A program made the position numbers and the translations under genes. From the human T2T-CHM13v2.0 reference genome, Homo sapiens, in NCBI RefSeq assembly GCF_009914755.1, contig NC_060943.1: a DNA stretch of 64,000 nucleotides; one strand, written 5' to 3'. Shown in pieces: positions 1-12,300 of the stretch; within the stretch, counting starts at the first letter, position 1, and the number at the start of each line of letters is the position of its first letter. A model generated the notes under the pieces. It was not told the DNA's origin. It saw only the letters and a program-made list of their open reading frames with translations, and made no database searches.

Positions 1-139
1 TGCTAGACAGAAGAATTCTCAGTAACTTCCTTGTGTTGTGTGTATTCAACTCACAGAGTTGAACGATCCTTTACACAGAGCAGACTTGAAACACTCTTTT
101 TGTGGATTTTGCAAGTGGAGATTTCAGCCGCTTTGAGTT

Positions 140-157
140 CAATGGTAGAATAGGAAA
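140..157 (+). other. A-box / pJalpha-like position of the A-type monomer (CAATGGTAGAATAGGAAA), alternating with CENP-B boxes
   Basis: Lies at the position homologous to the CENP-B box, 171 bp upstream of it. Resembles the pJalpha motif with mismatches. The divergent monomer (e.g. 15100-15117) has the closer GAAAAGGAA form. Confidence 0.6.
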
Positions 158-310
158 TATCTTCCTATAGAAACTAGACAGAATGATTCTCAGAAACTCC
201 TTTGTGATGTGTGCGTTCAACTCACAGAGTTCAACCTTTCTTTTCATAGAGCAGTTGGGAAACACTCTGTTTGTACAGTCTGCAAGTGGATATTCAGACT
301 TCTTTGAGGC

Positions 311-327
311 CTTCGTTGGAAGCGGGA
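311..327 (+). other. CENP-B box (first copy, CTTCGTTGGAAGCGGGA); one per dimer, 188 positions, last at 63886-63902
   Basis: Matches YTTCGTTGGAARCGGGA with the core NTTCGNNNNANNCGGGN intact. Variants seen: first base C/T/A and AAAC/AAGC. Confidence 0.97.
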
Positions 328-3300
328 TTTCTTCATGTTCAGCTAGACAGAAGAATTCTCAGAAACTTCCTTGTGTTGTGTGTTTTCAACTCACAGAGTT
401 GAACGATCCTTTACACAGAGCAGACTTGAAACACTCCTTTTGTGGAATTTGCAAGTGGAGATTTCAGCCGCTTTGAGGTCAATGGTAGAATAGGAAATAT
501 CTTCCTATAGAAACTAGACAGAATGATTCTCAGAAACTCCTTTGTGATGTGTGCGTTCAACTCACAGAGTTTAACCTTTCTTTTCATAGAGCAGTTAGGA
601 AACACTCTGTTTGTAAAGTCTGCAAGTGGATATTCAGACATCCTTGAGGCTTTCGTTGGAAACGGGATTTCTTCATATTCTGCTAGAAAGAAGAATTCTC
701 AGTAACTTCCTTGTGTTGTGTGTATTCAACTCACAGAGTTGAACGATCCTTTACACAGAGCAGACTTGAAACACTCTTTTTGTGGAATTTGCAAGTGGAG
801 ATTTCAGCCGCTTTGAGTTCAATGGTAGAATAGGAAATATCTTCCTATAGAAACTAGACAGAATGATTCTCAGAAACTCCTTTGTGATGTGTGCGTTCAA
901 CTCACAGAGTTTAACCTTTCTTTTCATAGAGCAGTTGGGAAACACTCTGTTTGTAAAGTCTGCAAGTGGATATTCAGACATCCTTGAGGCTTTCGTTGGA
1001 AACGGGATTTCTTCATATTCTGCTAGAAAGAAGAATTCTCAGTAACTTCCTTGTGTTGTGTGTATTCAACTCACAGAGTTGAACGATCCTTTACACAGAG
1101 CAGACTTGAAACACTCTTTTTGTGGAATTTGCAAGTGGAGATTTCAGCCGCTTTGAGTTCAATGGTAGAATAGGAAATATCTTCCTATAGAAACTAGACA
1201 GAATGATTCTCAGAAACTCCTTTGTGATGTGTGCGTTCAACTCACAGAGTTCAACCTTTCTTTTAATAGAGCAGTTGGGAAACACTCTGTTTGTAAATTC
1301 TGCAAGTGGATATTCAGACTTCTTTGAGGCCTTCGTTGGAAGCGGGATTTCTTCATATTCTGCTAGACAGAAGAATTCTCAGTAACTGCCTTGTGTTGTG
1401 TGTATTCAACTCACAGAGTTGAACGATCCTTTACACAGAGCAGACTTGAAACACTCTTTTTGTGGAATTTGCAAGTGGAGATTTCAGCCGCTTTGAGGTC
1501 AATGGTAGAATAGGAAATATCTTCCTATAGAAACTAGACAGAATGATTCTCAGAAACTCCTTTGTGATGTGTGCGTTCAACTCACAGAGTTCAACCTTTC
1601 TTTTCATAGAGCAGTTGGGAAACACTCTGTTTGTAAAGTCTGCAAGTGGATATTCAGACTTCTTTGAGGCCTTCGTTGGAAGCGGGATTTCTTCATATTC
1701 TGCTAGACAGAAGAATTCTCAGTAACTGCCTTGTGTTGTGTGTATTCAACTCACAGAGTTGAACGATCCTTTACACAGAGCAGACTTGAAACACTCTTTT
1801 TGTGGAATTTGCAAGTGGAGATTTCAGCCGCTTTGAGGTCAATGGTAGAATAGGAAATATCTTCCTATAGAAACTAGACAGAATGATTCTCAGAAACTCC
1901 TTTGTGATGTGTGCGTTCAACTCACAGAGTTTAACCTTTCTTTTCATAGAGCAGTTAGGAAACACTCTGTTTGTAAAGTCTGCAAGTGGATATTCAGACA
2001 TCCTTGAGGCTTTCGTTGGAAACGGGATTTCTTCATATTCTGCTAGAAAGAAGAATTCTCAGTAACTTCCTTGTGTTGTGTGTATTCAACTCACAGAGTT
2101 GAACGATCCTTTACACAGAGCAGACTTGAAACACTCTTTTTGTGGAATTTGCAAGTGGAGATTTCAGCCGCTTTGAGGTCAATGGTAGAATAGGAAATAT
2201 CTTCCTATAGAAACTAGACAGAATGATTCTCAGAAACTCCTTTGTGATGTGTGCGTTCAACTCACAGAGTTTAACCTTTCTTTTCATAGAGCAGTTAGGA
2301 AACACTCTGTTTGTAAAGTCTGCAAGTGGATATTCAGACCTCCTTGAGGCCTTCGTTGGAAACGGGATTTCTTCATATTATGCTAGACAGAAGAATTCTC
2401 AGTAACTTCCTTGTGTTGTGTGTATTCAACTCACAGAGTTGAACGATCCTTTACACAGAGCAGACTTGAAACACTCTTTTTGTGGAATTTGCAAGTGGAG
2501 ATTTCAGCCGCTTTGAGGTCAATGGTAGAATAGGAAATATCTTCCTATAGAAACTAGACAGAATGATTCTCAGAAACTCCTTTGTGATGTGTGCGTTCAA
2601 CTCACACAGTTTAACCTTTCTTTTCATAGAGCAGTTAGGAAACACTCTGTTTGTAAAGTCTGCAAGTGGATATTCAGACCTCTTTGAGGCATTCGTTGGA
2701 AACGGGATTTCTACATATTATGCTAGACAGAAGAATTCTCAGTAACTTCCTTGTGTTGTGTGTATTCAACTCACAGAGTTGAACGATCCTTTACACAGAG
2801 CAGACTTGAAACACTCTTTTTGTGGATTTTGCAAGTGGAGATTTCAGCCGCTTTGAGTTCAATGGTAGAATAGGAAATATCTTCCTATAGAAACTAGACA
2901 GAATGATTCTCAGAAACTCCTTTGTGATGTGTGCGTTCAACTCACAGAGTTCAACCTTTCTTTTCATAGAGCAGTTGGGAAACACTCTGTTTGTAAAGTC
3001 TGCAAGTGGATATTCAGACTTCTTTGAGGCCTTCGTTGGAAGCGGGATTTCTTCATGTTCAGCTAGACAGAAGAATTCTCAGAAACTTCCTTGTGTTGTG
3101 TGTTTTCAACTCACAGAGTTGAACGATCCTTTACACAGAGCAGACTTGAAACACTCCTTTTGTGGAATTTGCAAGTGGAGATTTCAGCCGCTTTGAGGTC
3201 AATGGTAGAATAGGAAATATCTTCCTATAGAAACTAGACAGAATGATTCTCAGAAACTCCTTTGTGATGTGTGCGTTCAACTCACAGAGTTTAACCTTTC

Positions 3301-6300
3301 TTTTCATAGAGCAGTTAGGAAACACTCTGTTTGTAAAGTCTGCAAGTGGATATTCAGACATCCTTGAGGCTTTCGTTGGAAACGGGATTTCTTCATATTC
3401 TGCTAGAAAGAAGAATTCTCAGTAACTTCCTTGTGTTGTGTGTATTCAACTCACAGAGTTGAACGATCCTTTACACAGAGCAGACTTGAAACACTCTTTT
3501 TGTGGAATTTGCAAGTGGAGATTTCAGCCGCTTTGAGTTCAATGGTAGAATAGGAAATATCTTCCTATAGAAACTAGACAGAATGATTCTCAGAAACTCC
3601 TTTGTGATGTGTGCGTTCAACTCACAGAGTTTAACCTTTCTTTTCATAGAGCAGTTGGGAAACACTCTGTTTGTAAAGTCTGCAAGTGGATATTCAGACA
3701 TCCTTGAGGCTTTCGTTGGAAACGGGATTTCTTCATATTCTGCTAGAAAGGAGAATTCTCAGTAACTGCCTTGTGTTGTGTGTATTCAACTCACAGAGTT
3801 GAACGATCCTTTACACAGAGCAGACTTGAAACACTCTTTTTGTGGAATTTGCAAGTGGAGATTTCAGCCGCTTTGAGTTCAATGGTAGAATAGGAAATAT
3901 CTTCCTATAGAAACTAGACAGAATGATTCTCAGAAACTCCTTTGTGATGTGTGCGTTCAACTCACAGAGTTCAACCTTTCTTTTAATAGAGCAGTTGGGA
4001 AACACTCTGTTTGTAAATTCTGCAAGTGGATATTCAGACTTCTTTGAGGCCTTCGTTGGAAGCGGGATTTCTTCATATTCTGCTAGACAGAAGAATTCTC
4101 AGTAACCTCCTTGTGTTGTGTGTATTCAACTCACAGAGTTGAACGACCCTTTACACAGAGCAGACTTGAAACACTCTTTTTGTGGAATTTGCAAGTGGAG
4201 ATTTCAGCCGCTTTGAGGTCAGTGGTAGAATAGGAAATATCTTCCTATAGAAACTAGACAGAATGATTCTCAGAAACTCCTTTGTGATGTGTGCGTTCAA
4301 CTCACAGAGTTTAACCTTTCTTTTCATAGAGCAGTTAGGAAACACTCTGTTTGTAAAGTCTGCAAGTGGATATTCAGACATCCTTGAGGCTTTCGTTGGA
4401 AACGGGATTTCTTCATGTTCTGCTAGACAGAAGAATTCTCAGTAACTGCCTTGTGTTGTGTGTATTCAACTCACAGAGTTGAACGATCCTTTACACAGAG
4501 CAGACTTGAAACACTCCTTTTGTGGAATTTGCAAGTGGAGATTTCAGCCGCTTTGAGGTCAATGGTAGAATAGGAAATATCTTCCTATAGAAACTAGACA
4601 GAATGATTCTCAGAAACTCCTTTGTGATGTGTGCGTTCAACTCACATAGTTTAACCTTTCTTTTCATAGAGCAGTTAGGAAACACTCTGTTTGTAAAGTC
4701 TGCAAGTGGATATTCAGACATCCTTGAGGCTTTCGTTGGAAACGGGATTTCTTCATATTCTGCTAGAAAGAAGAATTCTCAGTAACTTCCTTGTGTTGTG
4801 TGTATTCAACTCACAGAGTTGAACGATCCTTTACACAGAGCAGACTTGAAACACTCTTTTTGTGGAATTTGCAAGTGGAGATTTCAGCCGCTTTGAGGTC
4901 AATGGTAGAATAGGAAATATCTTCCTATAGAAACTAGACAGAATGATTCTCAGAAACTCCTTTGTGATGTGTGCGTTCAACTCACAGAGTTTAACCTTTC
5001 TTTTCATAGAGCAGTTAGGAAACACTCTGTTTGTAAAGTCTGCAAGTGGATATTCAGACCTCCTTGAGGCCTTCGTTGGAAACGGGATTTCTTCATATTA
5101 TGCTAGACAGAAGAATTCTCAGTAACTTCCTTGTGTTGTGTGTATTCAACTCACAGAGTTGAACGATCCTTTACACAGAGCAGACTTGAAACACTCTTTT
5201 TGTGGAATTTGCAAGTGGAGATTTCAGCCGCTTTGAGTTCAATGGTAGAATAGGAAATATCTTCCTACAGAAACTAGACAGAATGATTCTCAGAAACTCC
5301 TTTGTGATGTGTGCGTTCAACTCACAGAGTTCAATCTTTCTTTTCATAGAGCAGTTGGGAAACACTCTGTTTGTAAAGTCTGCAAGTGGATATTCAGACT
5401 TCTTTGAGGCCTTCGTTGGAAGCGGGATTTCTTCATATTCTGCTAGACAGAAGAATTCTCAGTAACTGCCTTGTGTTGTGTGTATTCAACTCACAGAGTT
5501 GAACGATCCTTTACACAGAGCAGACTTGAAACACTCTTTTTGTGGAATTTGCAAGTGGAGATTTCAGCCGCTTTGACGTCAATGGTAGAATAGGAAATAT
5601 CTTCCTATAGAAACTAGACAGAATGATTCTCAGAAACTCCTTTGTGATGTGTGCGTTCAACTCACAGAGTTCAACCTTTCTTTTCATAGAGCAGTTGGGA
5701 AACACTCTGTTTGTAAAGTCTGCAAGTGGATATTCAGACTTCTTTGAGGCCTTCGTTGGAAGCGGGATTTCTTCATATTCTGCTAGACAGAAGAATTCTC
5801 AGTAACTGCCTTGTGTTGTGTGTATTCAACTCACAGAGTTGAACGATCCTTTACACAGAGCAGACTTGAAACACTCTTTTTGTGGAATTTGCAAGTGGAG
5901 ATTTCAGCCGCTTTGAGGTCAATGGTAGAATAGGAAATATCTTCCTATAGAAACTAGACAGAATGATTCTCAGAAACTCCTTTGTGATGTGTGCGTTCAA
6001 CTCACAGAGTTTAACCTTTCTTTTCATAGAGCAGTTAGGAAACACTCTGTTTGTAAAGTCTGCAAGTGGATATTCAGACATCCTTGAGGCTTTCGTTGGA
6101 AACGGGATTTCTTCATATTCTGCTAGAAAGAAGAATTCTCAGTAACTTCCTTGTGTTGTGTGTATTCAACTCACAGAGTTGAACGATCCTTTACACAGAG
6201 CAGACTTGAAACACTCTTTTTGTGGAATTTGCAAGTGGAGATTTCAGCCGCTTTGAGTTCAATGGTAGAATAGGAAATATCTTCCTATAGAAACTAGACA

Positions 6301-9300
6301 GAATGATTCTCAGAAACTCCTTTGTGATGTGTGCGTTCAACTCACAGAGTTTAACCTTTCTTTTCATAGAGCAGTTGGGAAACACTCTGTTTGTAAAGTC
6401 TGCAAGTGGATATTCAGACATCCTTGAGGCTTTCGTTGGAAACGGGATTTCTTCATATTCTGCTAGAAAGGAGAATTCTCAGTAACTTCCTTGTGTTGTG
6501 TGTATTCAACTCACAGAGTTGAACGATCCTTTACACAGAGCAGACTTGAAACACTCTTTTTGTGGAATTTGCAAGTGGAGATTTCAGCCGCTTTGAGTTC
6601 AATGGTAGAATAGGAAATATCTTCCTATAGAAACTAGACAGAATGATTCTCAGAAACTCCTTTGTGATGTGTGCGTTCAACTCACAGAGTTCAACCTTTC
6701 TTTTAATAGAGCAGTTGGGAAACACTCTGTTTGTAAATTCTGCAAGTGGATATTCAGACTTCTTTGAGGCCTTCGTTGGAAGCGGGATTTCTTCATATTC
6801 TGCTAGACAGAAGAATTCTCAGTAACCTCCTTGTGTTGTGTGTATTCAACTCACAGAGTTGAACGACCCTTTACACAGAGCAGACTTGAAACACTCTTTT
6901 TGTGGAATTTGCAAGTGGAGATTTCAGCCGCTTTGAGGTCAGTGGTAGAATAGGAAATATCTTCCTATAGAAACTAGACAGAATGATTCTCAGAAACTCC
7001 TTTGTGATGTGTGCGTTCAACTCACAGAGTTTAACCTTTCTTTTCATAGAGCAGTTAGGAAACACTCTGTTTGTAAAGTCTGCAAGTGGATATTCAGACA
7101 TCCTTGAGGCTTTCGTTGGAAACGGGATTTCTTCATGTTCTGCTAGACAGAAGAATTCTCAGTAACTGCCTTGTGTTGTGTGTATTCAACTCACACAGTT
7201 GAACGATCCTTTACACAGAGCAGACTTGAAACACTCCTTTTGTGGAATTTGCAAGTGGAGATTTCAGCCGCTTTGAGGTCAATGGTAGAATAGGAAATAT
7301 CTTCCTATAGAAACTAGACAGAATGATTCTCAGAAACTCCTTTGTGATGTGTGCGTTCAACTCACATAGTTTAACCTTTCTTTTCATAGAGCAGTTAGGA
7401 AACACTCTGTTTGTAAAGTCTGCAAGTGGATATTCAGACATCCTTGAGGCTTTCGTTGGAAACGGGATTTCTTCATATTCTGCTAGAAAGAAGAATTCTC
7501 AGTAACTTCCTTGTGTTGTGTGTATTCAACTCACAGAGTTGAACGATCCTTTACACAGAGCAGACTTGAAACACTCTTTTTGTGGAATTTGCAAGTGGAG
7601 ATTTCAGCCGCTTTGAGGTCAATGGTAGAATAGGAAATATCTTCCTATAGAAACTAGACAGAATGATTCTCAGAAACTCCTTTGTGATGTGTGCGTTCAA
7701 CTCACAGAGTTTAACCTTTCTTTTCATAGAGCAGTTAGGAAACACTCTGTTTGTAAAGTCTGCAAGTGGATATTCAGACCTCCTTGAGGCCTTCGTTGGA
7801 AACGGGATTTCTTCATATTATGCTAGACAGAAGAATTCTCAGTAACTTCCTTGTGTTGTGTGTATTCAACTCACAGAGTTGAACGATCCTTTACACAGAG
7901 CAGACTTGAAACACTCTTTTTGTGGAATTTGCAAGTGGAGATTTCAGCCGCTTTGAGTTCAATGGTAGAATAGGAAATATCTTCCTACAGAAACTAGACA
8001 GAATGATTCTCAGAAACTCCTTTGTGATGTGTGCGTTCAACTCACAGAGTTCAACCTTTCTTTTCATAGAGCAGTTGGGAAACACTCTGTTTGTAAAGTC
8101 TGCAAGTGGATATTCAGACTTCTTTGAGGCCTTCGTTGGAAGCGGGATTTCTTCATATTCTGCTAGACAGAAGAATTCTCAGTAACTGCCTTGTGTTGTG
8201 TGTATTCAACTCACAGTGTTGAACGATCCTTTACACAGAGCAGACTTGAAACACTCTTTTTGTGGAATTTGCAAGTGGAGATTTCAGCCGCTTTGACGTC
8301 AATGGTAGAATAGGAAATATCTTCCTATAGAAAGTAGACAGAATGATTCTCAGAAACTCCTTTGTGATGTGTGCGTTCAACTCACAGAGTTCAACCTTTC
8401 TTTTCATAGAGCAGTTGGGAAACACTCTGTTTGTAAAGTCTGCAAGTGGATATTCAGACTTCTTTGAGGCCTTCGTTGGAAGCGGGATTTCTTCATATTC
8501 TGCTAGACAGAAGAATTCTCAGTAACTGCCTTGTGTTGTGTGTATTCAACTCACAGAGTTGAACGATCCTTTACACAGAGCAGACTTGAAACACTCTTTT
8601 TGTGGAATTTGCAAGTGGAGATTTCAGCCGCTTTGAGGTCAATGGTAGAATAGGAAATATCTTCCTATAGAAACTAGACAGAATGATTCTCAGAAACTCC
8701 TTTGTGATGTGTGCGTTCAACTCACAGAGTTTAACCTTTCTTTTCATAGAGCAGTTGGGAAACACTCTGTTTGTAAAGTCTGCAAGTGGATATTCAGACC
8801 TCCTTGAGGCCTTCGTTGGAAGCGGGATTTCTTCATGTTCTGCTAGACAGAAGAATTCTCAGAAACTTCCTTGTGTTGTGTGTTTTCAACTCACAGAGTT
8901 GAACGATCCTTTACACAGAGCAGACTTGAAACACTCCTTTTGTGGAATTTGCAAGTGGAGATTTCAGCCGCTTTGAGGTCAATGGTCGAAAAGGAAATAT
9001 CTTCGTATAAAAACTAGACAGAATGATTCTCAGAAACTCCTTTGTGATGTGTGCGTTCAACTCACAGATTTTAACCTTTCTTTTCATAGAGCAGTTAGGA
9101 AACACTCTGTTTGTAAAGTCTGCAAGTGGATATTCAGACCTCCTTGAGGCCTTCGTTGGAAACGGGATTTCTTCATATTATGCTAGACAGAAGAATTCTC
9201 AGTAACTTCCTTGTGTTGTGTGTATTCAACTCACAGAGTTGAACGATCCTTTACACAGAGCAGACTTGAAACACTCTTTTTGTGGAATTTGCAAGTGGAG

Positions 9301-12300
9301 ATTTCAGCCGCTTTGAGGTCAATGTTAGAATAGGAAATATCTTCCTATAGAAACTAGACAGAATGATTCTCAGAACCTCCTTTGTGATGTGTGCGTTCAA
9401 CTCACAGAGTTTAACCTTTCTTTTCATAGAGCAGTTAGGAAACACTCTGTTTGTAAAGTCTGCAAGTGGATATTCAGACCTCCTTGAGGCTTTCGTTGGA
9501 AACGGGATTTCTTCATATTCTGCTAGAAAGAAGAATTCTCAGTAACTTCCTTGTGTTGTGTGTATTCAACTCACAGAGTTGAACGATCCTTTACACAGAG
9601 CAGACTTGAAACACTCTTTTTGTGGAATTTGCAAGTGGAGATTTCAGCCGCTTTGAGGTCAATGGTAGAATAGGAAATATCTTCCTATAGAAACTAGACA
9701 GAATGATTCTCAGAAACTCCTTTGTGATGTGTGCGTTCAACTCACAGAGTTTAACCTTTCTTTTCATAGAGCAGTTAGGAAACACTCTGTTTGTAAAGTC
9801 TGCAAGTGGATATTCAGACCTCCTTGAGGCCTTCGTTGGAAACGGGATTTCTTCATATTATGCTAGACAGAAGAATTCTCAGTAACTTCCTTGTGTTGTG
9901 TGTATTCAACTCACAGAGTTGAACGATCCTTTACACAGAGCAGACTTGAAACACTCTTTTTGTGGAATTTGCAAGTGGAGATTTCAGCCGCTTTGAGTTC
10001 AATGGTAGAATAGGAAATATCTTCCTACAGAAACTAGACAGAATGATTCTCAGAAACTCCTTTGTGATGTGTGCGTTCAACTCACAGAGTTCAACCTTTC
10101 TTTTCATAGAGCAGTTGGGAAACACTCTGTTTGTAAAGTCTGCAAGTGGATATTCAGACTTCTTTGAGGCCTTCGTTGGAAGCGGGATTTCTTCATATTC
10201 TGCTAGACAGAAGAATTCTCAGTAACTGCTTTGTGTTGTGTGTATTCAACTCACAGAGTTGAACGATCCTTTACACAGAGCAGACTTGAAACACTCTTTT
10301 TGTGGAATTTGCAAGTGGAGATTTCAGCCGCTTTGACGTCAATGGTAGAATAGGAAATATCTTCCTATAGAAACTAGACAGAATGATTCTCAGAAACTCC
10401 TTTGTGATGTGTGCGTTCAACTCACAGAGTTCAACCTTTCTTTTCATAGAGCAGTTGGGAAACACTCTGTTTGTAAAGTCTGCAAGTGGATATTCAGACT
10501 TCTTTGAGGCCTTCGTTGGAAGCGGGATTTCTTCATATTCTGCTAGACAGAAGAATTCTCAGTAACTGCCTTGTGTTGTGTGTATTCAACTCACAGAGTT
10601 GAACGATCCTTTACACAGAGCAGACTTGAAACACTCTTTTTGTGGAATTTGCAAGTGGAGATTTCAGCCGCTTTGAGGTCAATGGTAGAATAGGAAATAT
10701 CTTCCTATAGAAACTAGACAGAATGATTCTCAGAAACTCCTTTGTGATGTGTGCGTTCAACTCACAGAGTTTAACCTTTCTTTTCATAGAGCAGTTAGGA
10801 AACACTCTGTTTGTAAAGTCTGCAAGTGGATATTCAGACATCCTTGAGGCTTTCGTTGGAAACGGGATTTCTTCATATTCTGCTAGAAAGAAGAATTCTC
10901 AGTAACTTCCTTGTGTTGTGTGTATTCAACTCACAGAGTTGAACGATCCTTTACACAGAGCAGACTTGAAACACTCTTTTTGTGGAATTTGCAAGTGGAG
11001 ATTTCAGCCGCTTTGAGTTCAATGGTAGAATAGGAAATATCTTCCTATAGAAACTAGACAGAATGATTCTCAGAAACTCCTTTGTGATGTGTGCGTTCAA
11101 CTCACAGAGTTTAACCTTTCTTTTCATAGAGCAGTTGGGAAACACTCTGTTTGTAAAGTCTGCAAGTGGATATTCAGACATCCTTGAGGCTTTCGTTGGA
11201 AACGGGATTTCTTCATATTCTGCTAGAAAGGAGAATTCTCAGTAACTTCCTTGTGTTGTGTGTATTCAACTCACAGAGTTGAACGATCCTTTACACAGAG
11301 CAGACTTGAAACACTCTTTTTGTGGAATTTGCAAGTGGAGATTTCAGCCGCTTTGAGTTCAATGGTAGAATAGGAAATATCTTCCTATAGAAACTAGACA
11401 GAATGATTCTCAGAAACTCCTTTGTGATGTGTGCGTTCAACTCACAGAGTTCAACCTTTCTTTTAATAGAGCAGTTGGGAAACACTCTGTTTGTAAATTC
11501 TGCAAGTGGATATTCAGACTTCTTTGAGGCCTTCGTTGGAAGCGGGATTTCTTCATATTCTGCTAGACAGAAGAATTCTCAGTAACCTCCTTGTGTTGTG
11601 TGTATTCAACTCACAGAGTTGAACGACCCTTTACACAGAGCAGACTTGAAACACTCTTTTTGTGGAATTTGCAAGTGGAGATTTCAGCCGCTTTGAGGTC
11701 AGTGGTAGAATAGGAAATATCTTCCTATAGAAACTAGACAGAATGATTCTCAGAAACTCCTTTGTGATGTGTGCGTTCAACTCACAGAGTTTAACCTTTC
11801 TTTTCATAGAGCAGTTAGGAAACACTCTGTTTGTAAAGTCTGCAAGTGGATATTCAGACATCCTTGAGGCTTTCGTTGGAAACGGGATTTCTTCATGTTC
11901 TGCTAGACAGAAGAATTCTCAGTAACTGCCTTGTGTTGTGTGTATTCAACTCACACAGTTGAACGATCCTTTACACAGAGCAGACTTGAAACACTCCTTT
12001 TGTGGAATTTGCAAGTGGAGATTTCAGCCGCTTTGAGGTCAATGGTAGAATAGGAAATATCTTCCTATAGAAACTAGACAGAATGATTCTCAGAAACTCC
12101 TTTGTGATGTGTGCGTTCAACTCACATAGTTTAACCTTTCTTTTCATAGAGCAGTTAGGAAACACTCTGTTTGTAAAGTCTGCAAGTGGATATTCAGACA
12201 TCCTTGAGGCTTTCGTTGGAAACGGGATTTCTTCATATTCTGCTAGAAAGAAGAATTCTCAGTAACTTCCTTGTGTTGTGTGTATTCAACTCACAGAGTT

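Noticed and set aside
3751-3760. 10-bp palindrome GAGAATTCTC (also 6471, 11231)
   Set aside because: A single A>G extends the ordinary AGAATTCT palindrome. It is useful only as a duplication marker.
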